Source: Bacteroides sp. (lineage in GTDB: Bacteria > Bacteroidota > Bacteroidia > Bacteroidales > Muribaculaceae). From it: a DNA stretch of 64,000 nt. The notes beneath the pieces were generated by a model. It saw only the letters and a program-made list of their open reading frames with translations. It made no database searches and was not told where the DNA came from. Each line of letters starts with the position of its first letter. The stretch's first letter is position 1. The stretch lies in the NCBI GenBank assembly GCA_014801525.1, contig JAAVEB010000014.1:25143-89142 (forward strand), in the 5' to 3' direction. Position numbers and translations under genes: made by a program. Below are positions 30,001 through 38,643 of this stretch, piece after piece.

Positions 30001-30164
30001 TTTTTCCCATTGTGCGACACAAAGCTGCCATCCTCGCCGGGCAGATACTGCATCTCCCTGCGCGCTCCCCGATAGTCGGTGTTGAATGTGGATGACTCGA
30101 TATAATCCTGTCCGGCAAGAGCCAACGGCAGGACCAGCATGGCAATTAAGCCTGATATTTTCAT
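27060..30164 (-). CDS. DUF4450-domain secreted protein, probable (alpha/alpha)6 glycoside hydrolase-like
   Basis: Signal peptide from ATG 30164; NLYTRALYG, HGAVGWRMPL.GWR, D.N.DGLY; TATCTTTG promoter at 30199-30206. Confidence 0.7.
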   Translation of the reverse strand: MKISGLIAMLVLPLALAGQDYIESSTFNTDYRGARREMQYLPGEDGSFVSHNGKNLYTRALYGGPTLFRVETSDRPIFAAYHKSENRNIHFTVTVGGKTMRLDSVADCTAYYTGGERRYTLTDPAWGKGSIDMTVVATYDREGAIWKVVAKDMPKGSVLTANTCSTVKVKLNRSGDIGADPANAFAPAENRDNLRRASVMIGGKSATAYIEYFDRDVTASGQKQIAAAYDKAQSQRKEIADHLVIDTPDPYFNTLGSAIMAAADGIWDGKTWLHGAVGWRMPLSGWRAAYTGDFLGWHDRARTHFDAYAKSQVTDVEPVIPHPAQDSTMNLARAEKKWGTQMYSNGYICRNPERNDQMHHYDMNLCYMDELLWHFNWTGDLEYARQMWPVIQAHLAWEKRNYDPNDDGLYDAYCCIWASDALYYNSGAVTHSTAYNYRANKLAAEIAEKIGEDPTPYKKEAEKILNALNSTLWMPDKGVWAEFKDFMGHQRLHDHPALWTVYHAIDSDVADPFQAYSATRYIDNNIPHITVEAEGGPEGDYTTIATTDWLPYAWSINNVAFAEVMHTVLAYWEAGRPEEAARLLKSSMLDGMYMGSSPGNIGQISFYDAARGECYRDFGDPVGVISRAVVQGLFGFNPDALNGKLTVKPGFPADWEHASIKHSDFSLAFKRDGEKETYKLTLGMEPIKTVTFQLGAYAENVKSVKVNGKPAQWSKVEESVGRPSIAVTAAAAPEMNVEIEWAGAPIEQKLAVATVKTRDGFKQVKQGGMTWWEEIPTAKEEPTPEYALDLMIADGNNYETIDLNGYYNSNVTDIFRNEYLSPRSPYTTLQIPVQGIGEWCHPKDTAHIDDSGLRAALDADGVLMTKLGIPYKSAAVGKNVIYTSLFDNYPDSVTIPLQGKARGIELLLAGSTNHMQCYMENARIKVRYADGSTETLSLTAPFNWCPIEQDYFVDGKAFRLETPRPYRLTFKEALVSDNLEEELNITGVYGRRIDGGAGVMLCMPLNPDKELADMTLETVSNEVVVGIVAATYLR

Positions 30165-30243
30165 GTCAGTTGTCTTTTTAAGGTAATTATTGGATATACA
30201 AAGATAACGAAATTCCGCAACAATCAAAATTATTGCCCGCCCG

Positions 30244-31398
30244 CTATCTTCTGATTCTTATTTTTATCGCCTCGGAAGGCAGATTTTCGGTCGAGTCCAC
30301 CACCAGCACAAGGTGCCCGCCTCCGCCGGCTCCGGCAAGCTTCCACGCGCGAGCCATCGGGGCATATTTCTTGATATACTCCTCCACACGCTCGTTCATC
30401 ATCGCCGGAAACATTGCCGTCTGCGCTTCAAACGAGTCGCGGAACGCGGCGGCAAAGCGGTCAAGGTCATGATCCATTATCGCCTCCCAGCAGCGGTCGG
30501 CGGCAGCCGCGAGAGCCTTCACCTTCTCCTCGTCGATGCGTCTCCCCTCTACAACCGAGTATCCTTTGGGGCGAGGGAACATGGGAATGACACACAAGTG
30601 TTCCTCAAGCCACGAAAGCGTCGCTTCATCGTGGCACGATTCTATTTTCACCGGCCAGTAACCGTTGTCGTAGTAATGACGGGTCAACCCCGACATGCAG
30701 ATGCCTATCGCATCCTGCGCGCCCGACACGTGTTCCCCCTTTTCAGGTGGATTCTCAAAGCAGAACAGTAGCCGCGCCAGCATCTCCTCATGGTAGTTGG
30801 GCAACTCGTAAGGCCATATCTTTCGCGCCGCGTTGCGGGTGGAAGTCGACATTCCTCCGCGTTCCATGAACTCCACGGTCGGCTCCACGCTCACCGTCAA
30901 CGCCCACCCCGGGGCATATTGCGACACGTAAGGCTGGTCAATCCATGTTCCCGCAAGGTCAATCCTGTAGGGAATGGCGCATTTCACGGTCGACCGCAGC
31001 GACGTGGTCGACCGCGCATCAAGCCCCTCGTCGGGCTTGCGCTGCAACTCTATATATTCGATGCCGCGCTGACGGCAGAATTCCCTTTTCACGTCCGAAC
31101 CACCGTCGCTGTTCACCACGAAAATATCGGGCTTAACCATGTCGACAATCTCCTCAAAGTCGATTTTTCCCGAACCCGTGTTTATATAAGCGTCAGTGAC
31201 ATAGCGTATAGCTTTCACCATGTAAAGGCGCTCGCGCTCCGAATAAACCGGCTTGCGGTTCTTCAGCTCCATTACGGTAGCGTCCGAGCCGATCCCCACA
31301 TAGAGGTCGCCATATTGCGACGCTTCTTTAAAAAACGCCACGTGTCCGCTATGAAGCATGTCATAACATCCCGACACAAACACTCGTTTATTTGCCAT
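30244..31398 (-). CDS. Cytidylyltransferase (HxGH) fused to a GHMP kinase-like domain
   Basis: GCYDMLHSGH...RSTT N-domain; PYRIDLAG, GAQD, KLAGAGGGG C-domain. Confidence 0.82.
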   Translation of the reverse strand: MANKRVFVSGCYDMLHSGHVAFFKEASQYGDLYVGIGSDATVMELKNRKPVYSERERLYMVKAIRYVTDAYINTGSGKIDFEEIVDMVKPDIFVVNSDGGSDVKREFCRQRGIEYIELQRKPDEGLDARSTTSLRSTVKCAIPYRIDLAGTWIDQPYVSQYAPGWALTVSVEPTVEFMERGGMSTSTRNAARKIWPYELPNYHEEMLARLLFCFENPPEKGEHVSGAQDAIGICMSGLTRHYYDNGYWPVKIESCHDEATLSWLEEHLCVIPMFPRPKGYSVVEGRRIDEEKVKALAAAADRCWEAIMDHDLDRFAAAFRDSFEAQTAMFPAMMNERVEEYIKKYAPMARAWKLAGAGGGGHLVLVVDSTENLPSEAIKIRIRR

Positions 31399-31418
31399 AA
31401 TCTCTATCAGTTCAGCCG

Positions 31419-32540
31419 TTATAGTGTTGAAATCATCTCTTGCAGTATCTCGCGGTCAAGTGCCCCCGTCATCCTCACGTCGGCAGAGTCGGCTATGCGG
31501 CAGCCGTCAAGATAGCGCTTCCCCGCCGCTTCCTGATACCAGGTCAGGATGCGGTCGATAGCCGGAGTCGCCACCCCCTTAATCTCGGCTACCATCTTTA
31601 TCATCAGCAGCCCGTAGGTGAAATCCTCGGTAAAGTAGCGCGAATCCATGTCGGGAGCGAAACCTCCCTCAGGCAGCTCCTTCATCGGAGCGAGCAGCCC
31701 CTTGAAAGCGTCGATCGAACGTATCTTGCGGGTGAGCGACGCAGCGTCATGCGATTCATAGTACTCCAACAGGGGCGGTATGTCGCCGTCATCAAGTTTC
31801 AGCTCGCGCAACAGCACCTGAAATTCCCCGTCGGCGGCGATAAGCGTCTCGCTGCTGCTGTCGGTCCAGTCCTCGTAAAATCTCGGAATCGACGGCAATA
31901 CACCCGCGCCATGAGAAAACATGTCATAAAGGCGGGTGGTGTGAAGTATAGGGTTACTGTTTGTTAAAGTCGCCTGAAGCGGATTGCGCAACGCCTCCAC
32001 CGGAGTGAGGTGGATATCGGCAAGCGTAGCCGAAAGCCGCGCCGACATCTCAGCATCAAGCCCTCGGAAACCCACGCGCATCAGTTTGCGATAACCGAGC
32101 AGGGCACCCGACTTGCCATAATCATTCACACGCGCGATGAACGGCGGCCGCTGAAATCCGAAAAGCTTGGCGTCGAGCCCAAGCTCGCGCAACGCCATCA
32201 CGAAGAAACCGGTGCAGCAGAACACGCTCCCCACGCAGGCATCCTCATCAAGCCACGGCTTTATGCGGCGCAGCTCTTCCGCCATCGCCGTCGCGGGAAG
32301 ACACACAAGCACAATTTCCGAGCCTGGAATCACATCCTCAGCCCGGGAGCTGACGGCATTCAATGCACCCTCAAACTCCTTGCCCTCGGGATCGGTCACC
32401 GTCACCGTCGCGCTCCACCGCTCGGGGTGGCCGGTCAGCAGATTCACCGTGTAGCCCCTTGCGGCGGCAACGCCGGCAATCACAGTGCCGAGATTTCCAC
32501 CGCCGCAGATGCATATATTTTTCATCAATCCGCTACTCAT
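31419..32540 (-). CDS. NAD/NADP octopine/nopaline (opine) dehydrogenase family
   Basis: CGGGNLG Rossmann motif, NSNPILH, FYEDW, SRYFTEDF.YGL. Confidence 0.85.
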   Translation of the reverse strand: MSSGLMKNICICGGGNLGTVIAGVAAARGYTVNLLTGHPERWSATVTVTDPEGKEFEGALNAVSSRAEDVIPGSEIVLVCLPATAMAEELRRIKPWLDEDACVGSVFCCTGFFVMALRELGLDAKLFGFQRPPFIARVNDYGKSGALLGYRKLMRVGFRGLDAEMSARLSATLADIHLTPVEALRNPLQATLTNSNPILHTTRLYDMFSHGAGVLPSIPRFYEDWTDSSSETLIAADGEFQVLLRELKLDDGDIPPLLEYYESHDAASLTRKIRSIDAFKGLLAPMKELPEGGFAPDMDSRYFTEDFTYGLLMIKMVAEIKGVATPAIDRILTWYQEAAGKRYLDGCRIADSADVRMTGALDREILQEMISTL

Positions 32541-34371
32541 CAGCTTTACAATTTTTCAGCCAATACTCCTTCATCGCCTCGACAAGACGCTCATTGTCCT
32601 CACGTCCTCTCACGGCGACGCGCGCATATTGCGCCCCCTCGGGAAAACCCTTTTTCGAGGAGCAGTCCTTTATATATATGTTGAAATCGGCAAGAAGCGT
32701 CTTAGTCAAATCATGTGAAGTGACACCGCCCGTCAGCTCACACAGGAAATAATTAGCCTGCGACGGAATCACCCTCAGAAACGGCACCGTCTCAAGCTCA
32801 CGCTGAAAATTGGCGCGTTCATTTCTGAATTTCTCACACGCGCTGCGGTAATCGCCTTCATACTTGCCGAATATCTGCATATAGAACTCGGCAAATGAAT
32901 TGATATTCCAGATTGCCACATCGCCGCGAAGACGGTTGATGAGCTCCGTGTCGGCTGAGGCGAGAACCCCGAGACGCAACCCCGGAACCCCATAGGATTT
33001 GGAGATGCTCTTTATCACGCACATCCCGGGATGGCTCCTCAGCGTTTCGTCGTCGAGCAGAGTGTTTTCCTCTCCGCCCGCACTGAAATCCACAAATGAC
33101 TCGTCGACCACCAGCCTCACGCCCCTCTCCCCGCAATAAGCCGCAAGTTTAAGCGTCTCGCCGCGGGGTATAAAGTTGCCCGACGGATTGTCGGGATTCA
33201 CCAGCAGCAGTGTCGATATATCCTTGTCGCCGAAATAATCCATAAGATCGTCGGCGGTATATGAAAAATTGAGATTGCCGGGATAATACTTCACCACCTT
33301 GTCGGCGGCAAGACGGTTGGGATACTCCTCGAAAGTGGGATAGGTCACCCCCACCTTGCCCGGCTGGCTCTCCATCAGCGCCTTGATAAGCTCGGCGGCG
33401 CCGTTGCCGATGCACACATACTCCTGCCTGATGCCGAAATATTTTCCAGCAAGCAGGGAGTTGACCCCCATGCCCGACGGATATTCACGAAGCAAGGTGT
33501 CGAAATTAGCCTTCATCTCGTCATTCAGCCGCTTGCTCGGAAAATAGGGATTGACAAGATAGCAGAAATCAAGCAACCCGGGATAGCGCCAATAGCCGCC
33601 ATAGCTGTGCTGAATCTTGGCGAGCCGCTCCTCGGGCGAGGCAAACATCGTTTCGGCTATGCGCAGGTCCTGCACGTCGTCGATTTCATACCACTTCATG
33701 CCCGACACCGGCAATGCCTTCAGACCGGCGCGGTCGATAAGCGTGATCACCCTGAGCACCTGCTCATAGTATTCGTTATTGCCGAGCACGCTGAGATATG
33801 CCTCAAGGAAGGGCAGATAGTGGTTCACCACAAAATCGCGGCTGAACTTGTAGACATTCACCGTCTTATAATAAAACCGCGTGTCGTCATAGTTAAACGC
33901 CTTCTTCGAGATAAAATTGACGATGTTGTTATCCTCGTCGATAGTCACCATCGTGCCGTCGTTCCATGACTCATACTTCGACACGAGCGCGAGCGTGGGA
34001 TAGTCGCTCTCTATCGCAGTGGTGATGATGCGGTCCTCGAAAATGAGGTCGCTCTCCAGCAGCAGCGTGTCCTCCTCTTTCAGATAATCGCGAGCCAGCC
34101 ACAGCGAGTAGATGTTATTGGTCTTGTCATACACGCGGTTCTCCACGAAGAGCACCCCAAGCTCGGGATAGCGCTCGGCTACATACTCCTTAAGCTTCTG
34201 CCCCTCATAACCCACAACCATCACTATGCGGCTGAGTTTATGCTGCGACAATTGCCTGAGCATGCGGTCAATGAGCCTTTCGCCATTGACCTCTACCATG
34301 CATTTCGTGTTGTTGGCGGTAAATTCACCGAGTCTGCGCCCCATTCCGGCGGCAAGAATAACTGCTTGCAT
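32533..34371 (-). CDS. LicC-like NTP transferase fused to a class I/II PLP enzyme (CobD/HisC-like)
   Basis: ILAAGMGRRL, N.VYDKTNNIYSL, WYEIDD; NPDNPSG, DESF, KSISKSYGVPGLRLG; TATCTTTG promoter at 34398-34405. Confidence 0.88.
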   Translation of the reverse strand: MQAVILAAGMGRRLGEFTANNTKCMVEVNGERLIDRMLRQLSQHKLSRIVMVVGYEGQKLKEYVAERYPELGVLFVENRVYDKTNNIYSLWLARDYLKEEDTLLLESDLIFEDRIITTAIESDYPTLALVSKYESWNDGTMVTIDEDNNIVNFISKKAFNYDDTRFYYKTVNVYKFSRDFVVNHYLPFLEAYLSVLGNNEYYEQVLRVITLIDRAGLKALPVSGMKWYEIDDVQDLRIAETMFASPEERLAKIQHSYGGYWRYPGLLDFCYLVNPYFPSKRLNDEMKANFDTLLREYPSGMGVNSLLAGKYFGIRQEYVCIGNGAAELIKALMESQPGKVGVTYPTFEEYPNRLAADKVVKYYPGNLNFSYTADDLMDYFGDKDISTLLLVNPDNPSGNFIPRGETLKLAAYCGERGVRLVVDESFVDFSAGGEENTLLDDETLRSHPGMCVIKSISKSYGVPGLRLGVLASADTELINRLRGDVAIWNINSFAEFYMQIFGKYEGDYRSACEKFRNERANFQRELETVPFLRVIPSQANYFLCELTGGVTSHDLTKTLLADFNIYIKDCSSKKGFPEGAQYARVAVRGREDNERLVEAMKEYWLKNCKADE

Positions 34372-34501
34372 ATCCGTGATAACATCAATTGATTACACAA
34401 AGATAAGAAAACTTTCCCGAAAACTCCATCCGAGCCTGTCAATTCCGCCCCTCCCGGCAATCTCCCTCCAGAATCAAGAGGGGAATCGCGCGCCTTAGAG
34501 C

Positions 34502-34533
34502 AAAAAAAGGAGGGACCCGAAAGGATCCCTCCA
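34502..34533 (-). terminator. Terminator after MIPS
   Basis: GGAGGGATCC-TTTC-GGGTCCCTCC-TTTTTTT on minus strand. Confidence 0.85.
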
Positions 34534-34557
34534 TGAATTTATTCAAGGGGTTATCGA

Positions 34558-35865
34558 TTAGTCGATAAGCTCGTCAGCCTTGTAACCACCCATTTCACGA
34601 ACAGCGTTCTTAAGCATTACATACTGCTCGAAGAGGTTGTTCACGGGAACTTCGTCCTTGGTGTAGTCGTGCATCGGGCTCTTGAGGAAGAAGCTCAAGA
34701 AGCGCTGAGTGCCATACCATCCGCAACGTGCTGCCATGTCAATGAGCAGGCAGAGGTCAAGACAGAGGGGAGCTGCGAGGATAGAGTCGCGGCAGAGGAA
34801 GTTGATCTTGATCTGCATCGGATAGCCCATCCAGCCGAAGATATCGATGTTGTCCCATCCTTCCTTGTTGTCATTGCGCGGAGGATAGTAGTTGATGCGC
34901 ACTTTGTGGTAGTAGTCAGTGTAAAGATCGGGCTGCTTTTCAGGAACGAGGATTGACTCGAGAGTTGAAAGCTTGCTGACCTCCTTGGTGCGGAAGTTGG
35001 CGGGTTCGTCAAGAACGAGACCGTCACGGTTACCGAGGATGTTGGTTGAGAACCATCCTGCAAGACCGAGGTGGCGAACACCGATGATAGGAGCGAAACC
35101 TGACTTGACAAGAGTCTGACCGGTCTTGAAGTCCTTACCGGCGATAGGCATCTTGGTCTTTTCAGCGAGTTCCCACATTGCGGGGAAGTCAACGGTGGTG
35201 TTGGGAGCGCCCATGATGAAGGGAGCGCCTTCTACCAATGCTGCGTAAGCGTAGCACATTGACGGAGCGATGTGTTCGCGGTCGTCAGCCTTCATTGCAG
35301 CTTCAAGATCGGCGAGGTTGTAGTGAACCTTCTCGTCAACCGGAACATAAACTTCAGTAGAAGCAGCCCAGAGCACAACGATGCGGTCGCAATTGTGGGC
35401 AGCCTTGAAGTTGCGGATATCTTCGCGGAGAGCTTCAACCATTTCCCAACGGGTCTTGCAATCCTTCACGTTGTCGCCTTCAAGACGCTTTGCATAGTTC
35501 TTGTCGAAAGCCGCCTTCATGGGCTTGATAGCTTCGAGCTCATCCTTAACGGGAAGGATATCCTTTTCCTTAAGAACCTCGCAGTTCATAGCTGACTCGA
35601 ATGCGTTCTGGGGATAAACGTCCCAAGAACCGAATTCGATCTGGTCAAGTGATGCGAGAGGAATGATTTGGTTATAATGAAGATACTTCTTGTCAGCGCC
35701 TTCGCCTACACGGATTACATCATACTGAGTTGATGAACCGATAGGTTTTGCAAGACCTTTGCGTGCCATGAGGACACCGGTGATAAATGTAGTACTTACT
35801 GCTCCAAGTCCTACAACGAGAATACCGAGTTTGCCCTCGGCTTTCTTAACTTCACTTTGATTCAT
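34558..35865 (-). CDS. ino1: myo-inositol-1(3)-phosphate synthase (MIPS)
   Basis: GLGAVST, GKDFKTGQT, NILGNRDG, DNKEGWD, CRDSILAAPL.LDL, SFFLKSP. Confidence 0.95.
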   Translation of the reverse strand: MNQSEVKKAEGKLGILVVGLGAVSTTFITGVLMARKGLAKPIGSSTQYDVIRVGEGADKKYLHYNQIIPLASLDQIEFGSWDVYPQNAFESAMNCEVLKEKDILPVKDELEAIKPMKAAFDKNYAKRLEGDNVKDCKTRWEMVEALREDIRNFKAAHNCDRIVVLWAASTEVYVPVDEKVHYNLADLEAAMKADDREHIAPSMCYAYAALVEGAPFIMGAPNTTVDFPAMWELAEKTKMPIAGKDFKTGQTLVKSGFAPIIGVRHLGLAGWFSTNILGNRDGLVLDEPANFRTKEVSKLSTLESILVPEKQPDLYTDYYHKVRINYYPPRNDNKEGWDNIDIFGWMGYPMQIKINFLCRDSILAAPLCLDLCLLIDMAARCGWYGTQRFLSFFLKSPMHDYTKDEVPVNNLFEQYVMLKNAVREMGGYKADELID

Positions 35866-36099
35866 GATTGTGATGGTTAATTAGTTTTTATTTCCCTTTT
35901 TTGTATTAGTTCAGTTTTTTCTATTGCTATTTTTCCTAAGTTTTAGGCTAAAAGCGTGTAAAAGTAGTGGTTATTTTTGAGATGTGAAAAATTTTTTCAA
36001 TAAACTTTACTTACAATAAGCCAAATTTATTTAAAAATAACCCGATTTAGTTAATTACAACTAAATACGCTGCCGAAGTTCACGCTAAAAGTTAACAAA

Positions 36100-36819
36100 T
36101 TATAATGCCACCTCAAGCAGTTCTGACAGATTTTTGATAATCGACGGATGTGTCACGGCATCTTCGTCGGCAGTCCAGCCCTTCCCTTTAAGCCACGCCA
36201 CTTTACACCCTATGCTCTCGGCGGGAACGATATCTTTCTTATAGGAATCGCCCACCACAAGCACCTCTTCGGCAGGAAGTCCCAGAGCCTCCACGCCAAG
36301 CGAGAAAATGCGCGGGTCGGGTTTACGCACTCCCACCACCGCGCTCTCTATGATCTCCTTGAAATAACGGCGCAGGTCAAAGTCCTTAAGCACAGCCTCA
36401 ACGTTGCCATAGAAATTGCTGACAAGCACCATGGGATAACGCTCGGCGAGACGCTCGAGCACGGGGCGAGCCTCGTCGGCGCAATCGCGGGCGCGTTCAT
36501 AACAATAGCGCGCTATTGCCGGAGCGAGCGACTCCACATCATCTTCGTCGACCACCTCGCGCTCCACAAGATAATTAAGCTCGATAACCATCTTCTTATA
36601 CAGCAGGGCATAGAAATTATCCCCGGGCTTAATGTGGGGATGGCGGGCGAGCTCGCGCTCGGCATAAACGTAGGCGTCACGGAAAGCAGTCTTGTCGACG
36701 GCGACTTTAGCCGACTGATAGCCGTCCCATATCACCTCGCTCCAATGAGCGCCGCGGCTGTCGATAGTGCCGCCGTAGTCAAATATTATACCTTTAATAA
36801 TATCTTTAATAGAGTCCAT
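36100..36819 (-). CDS. HAD-superfamily phosphatase
   Basis: FDYGGTID motif I, VSN, KPDPRIF, VGDS..KD. Confidence 0.88.
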   Translation of the reverse strand: MDSIKDIIKGIIFDYGGTIDSRGAHWSEVIWDGYQSAKVAVDKTAFRDAYVYAERELARHPHIKPGDNFYALLYKKMVIELNYLVEREVVDEDDVESLAPAIARYCYERARDCADEARPVLERLAERYPMVLVSNFYGNVEAVLKDFDLRRYFKEIIESAVVGVRKPDPRIFSLGVEALGLPAEEVLVVGDSYKKDIVPAESIGCKVAWLKGKGWTADEDAVTHPSIIKNLSELLEVAL

Positions 36820-37753
36820 CTTTCAATTGCTTTACAAAATTGCGGCAGATGCGTTCATGACGCGCCACCATATAGACAAGAAGCCCGTTGAGCACCGTAA
36901 GCTCGAAAACGAAATAGAGCCACGGCATCGACAGGAACAGCGAAGTGAACAGCGCGATAGTGCGCCAGTTGAACGAAAGTATGTTGGTATACTTCATCAG
37001 CGGCAGGCTCTTGCTGCGGAAAGCCTCGCGGAACGACGCCGGGATATTGCCGTCGGGGAAACGCTCCTTGAGCTCCCTGCGCAACGACTGCATCCCCGGG
37101 GTCATCACCTCCTGGTTGACGGTGTAGTTAGTGTAGAATGTCAAGGTGAGCTTGCTCCAGAAGTTGCGCGACCATGACAGCCCGGCAAGCTTCTCCTTGA
37201 GAGCCGACGCCGATTCAAGCTCGCTCCCCCCCTCGCCTTTGAGGAAATAGAGGTGGAACTGGCGGTAATAGTCAGCCATCGCCGCCTGCTTTGCGTGACA
37301 CAAGCCGGCTATCACGGCAACGGTCCATATCACCCAGGTGTGGGCTGAGAAAAATTCCGATGTCACGTTCTCGCGAAGGCATATCGCAACATAGATGGCG
37401 GCAAACCACATGTCGCCGGCAAGACCGTCGAGGATTCTGCCAAGGCGTGAATACTGCTTGGTCATGCGCGCGAGCTGCCCGTCGGCTGAGTCAAACGAGT
37501 TAGCCCACACAAGCAGCAGCATGCCCGCCACATTTATCCACATCACGGGATAATAAAAAAGGATTCCCGCCGCCACGCCGAGAAATATCGACGCGATGGT
37601 GATGGCGTTGGGGGTTATGCCGAGGCGTTTTGCGAGACAAGCCCACATATAGCCTATTTTGCGGTAAAACCACAGGTCGATGTGCTCCTCGGTGTCCATC
37701 GACTTCAATGTGCTCTGCAGAGAGGTGTCGGTTTCCTTTGTAGTCGATGTCAT
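36806..37753 (-). CDS. CDP-alcohol phosphatidyltransferase family protein
   Basis: TPNAIT; DSADGQLAR...S.LG..LDG..D signature. Confidence 0.92.
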   Translation of the reverse strand: MTSTTKETDTSLQSTLKSMDTEEHIDLWFYRKIGYMWACLAKRLGITPNAITIASIFLGVAAGILFYYPVMWINVAGMLLLVWANSFDSADGQLARMTKQYSRLGRILDGLAGDMWFAAIYVAICLRENVTSEFFSAHTWVIWTVAVIAGLCHAKQAAMADYYRQFHLYFLKGEGGSELESASALKEKLAGLSWSRNFWSKLTLTFYTNYTVNQEVMTPGMQSLRRELKERFPDGNIPASFREAFRSKSLPLMKYTNILSFNWRTIALFTSLFLSMPWLYFVFELTVLNGLLVYMVARHERICRNFVKQLKDGLY

Positions 37754-38616
37754 TTCTGATGCTCTTTAATGGTGTTGATAATGCATTTAGCGATGTGGGG
37801 AGCGGCTTCCTGACGGCAGGGCGCGAAGCTTGGCCAGTCGTTAAAATCGATAATGCGTATAGTGCCGTCGGCGTTCACGATGCAGTCGCCGCCATAGATC
37901 TTCACGTCGAGCACCTCGCTCGCCGCCTGGCAGATTGACATCATGCGGGCCTTGTCAAACTCGATGCCCTGCGACTTGCCGTTGATAGCCTCGTGGCCAT
38001 ACTTGGAATGTCCTGCCTCAAAGGGGTAGAACCAGTAGAAGAACGGCGTGCCCTGCACTCCGTAAAACTTGATAAGGTCGCCCACGAGATGGCGGTTGAT
38101 GACGGCGCGCTTGATGCCGCGCAGGAAATATTCCTGAAGCACCTCCTGAGCCTCCTCGGGGTGACGCACATAGCTCACGTCCTCCTTGTGCATGGCGTGG
38201 AAATCGCCGCGCTTTATCCAGCACTGGGTGTAGCCCGCCTTTTTCAGTTTGCCCGCTACAGCCTCGTCGGTGTCGACAATGAGGCTTTCGGGATAAGGGA
38301 TGTTGCTGCCCACAAGAATGCGCGTCATGCGCTCGCGGGTGCAGTTTTCGATTCCGTAGCCCGAGTTGATCACCAGCGCGCCCTCGTCCTCCAGCTTCTG
38401 GAGAAGATGGATCGATTTCATCTCGCGGCACATGTTCACTATGATGCGTTCCTTCACCTCGCCGGCAATAAACTGCTCCTCGGAGTAGATGTTCACGATG
38501 ATTCCGCGCTTGCGCAGCTGGTCGGCTGTGGCATTGAATATGGCGGCATCGTTGCCGATGTGGTTAGGAGAATAAGCGCCGGCTCTCATGATTCCGGCTA
38601 TTGTTATTTCTGCCAT
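37750..38616 (-). CDS. ATP-grasp fold protein with an ITPK1-like D-x-N motif
   Basis: VINS, WIKRGD, HLVGDLIKFYGV, YGGDCIV, IIDFNDWPSF. Confidence 0.7.
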   Translation of the reverse strand: MAEITIAGIMRAGAYSPNHIGNDAAIFNATADQLRKRGIIVNIYSEEQFIAGEVKERIIVNMCREMKSIHLLQKLEDEGALVINSGYGIENCTRERMTRILVGSNIPYPESLIVDTDEAVAGKLKKAGYTQCWIKRGDFHAMHKEDVSYVRHPEEAQEVLQEYFLRGIKRAVINRHLVGDLIKFYGVQGTPFFYWFYPFEAGHSKYGHEAINGKSQGIEFDKARMMSICQAASEVLDVKIYGGDCIVNADGTIRIIDFNDWPSFAPCRQEAAPHIAKCIINTIKEHQK

Positions 38617-38643
38617 TGTTTTCTGTGATAGGATATGATTGTT

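Noticed and set aside
28872-30095. 407-aa plus-strand ORF
   Set aside because: Antisense shadow of the DUF4450 gene with no recognisable motifs.
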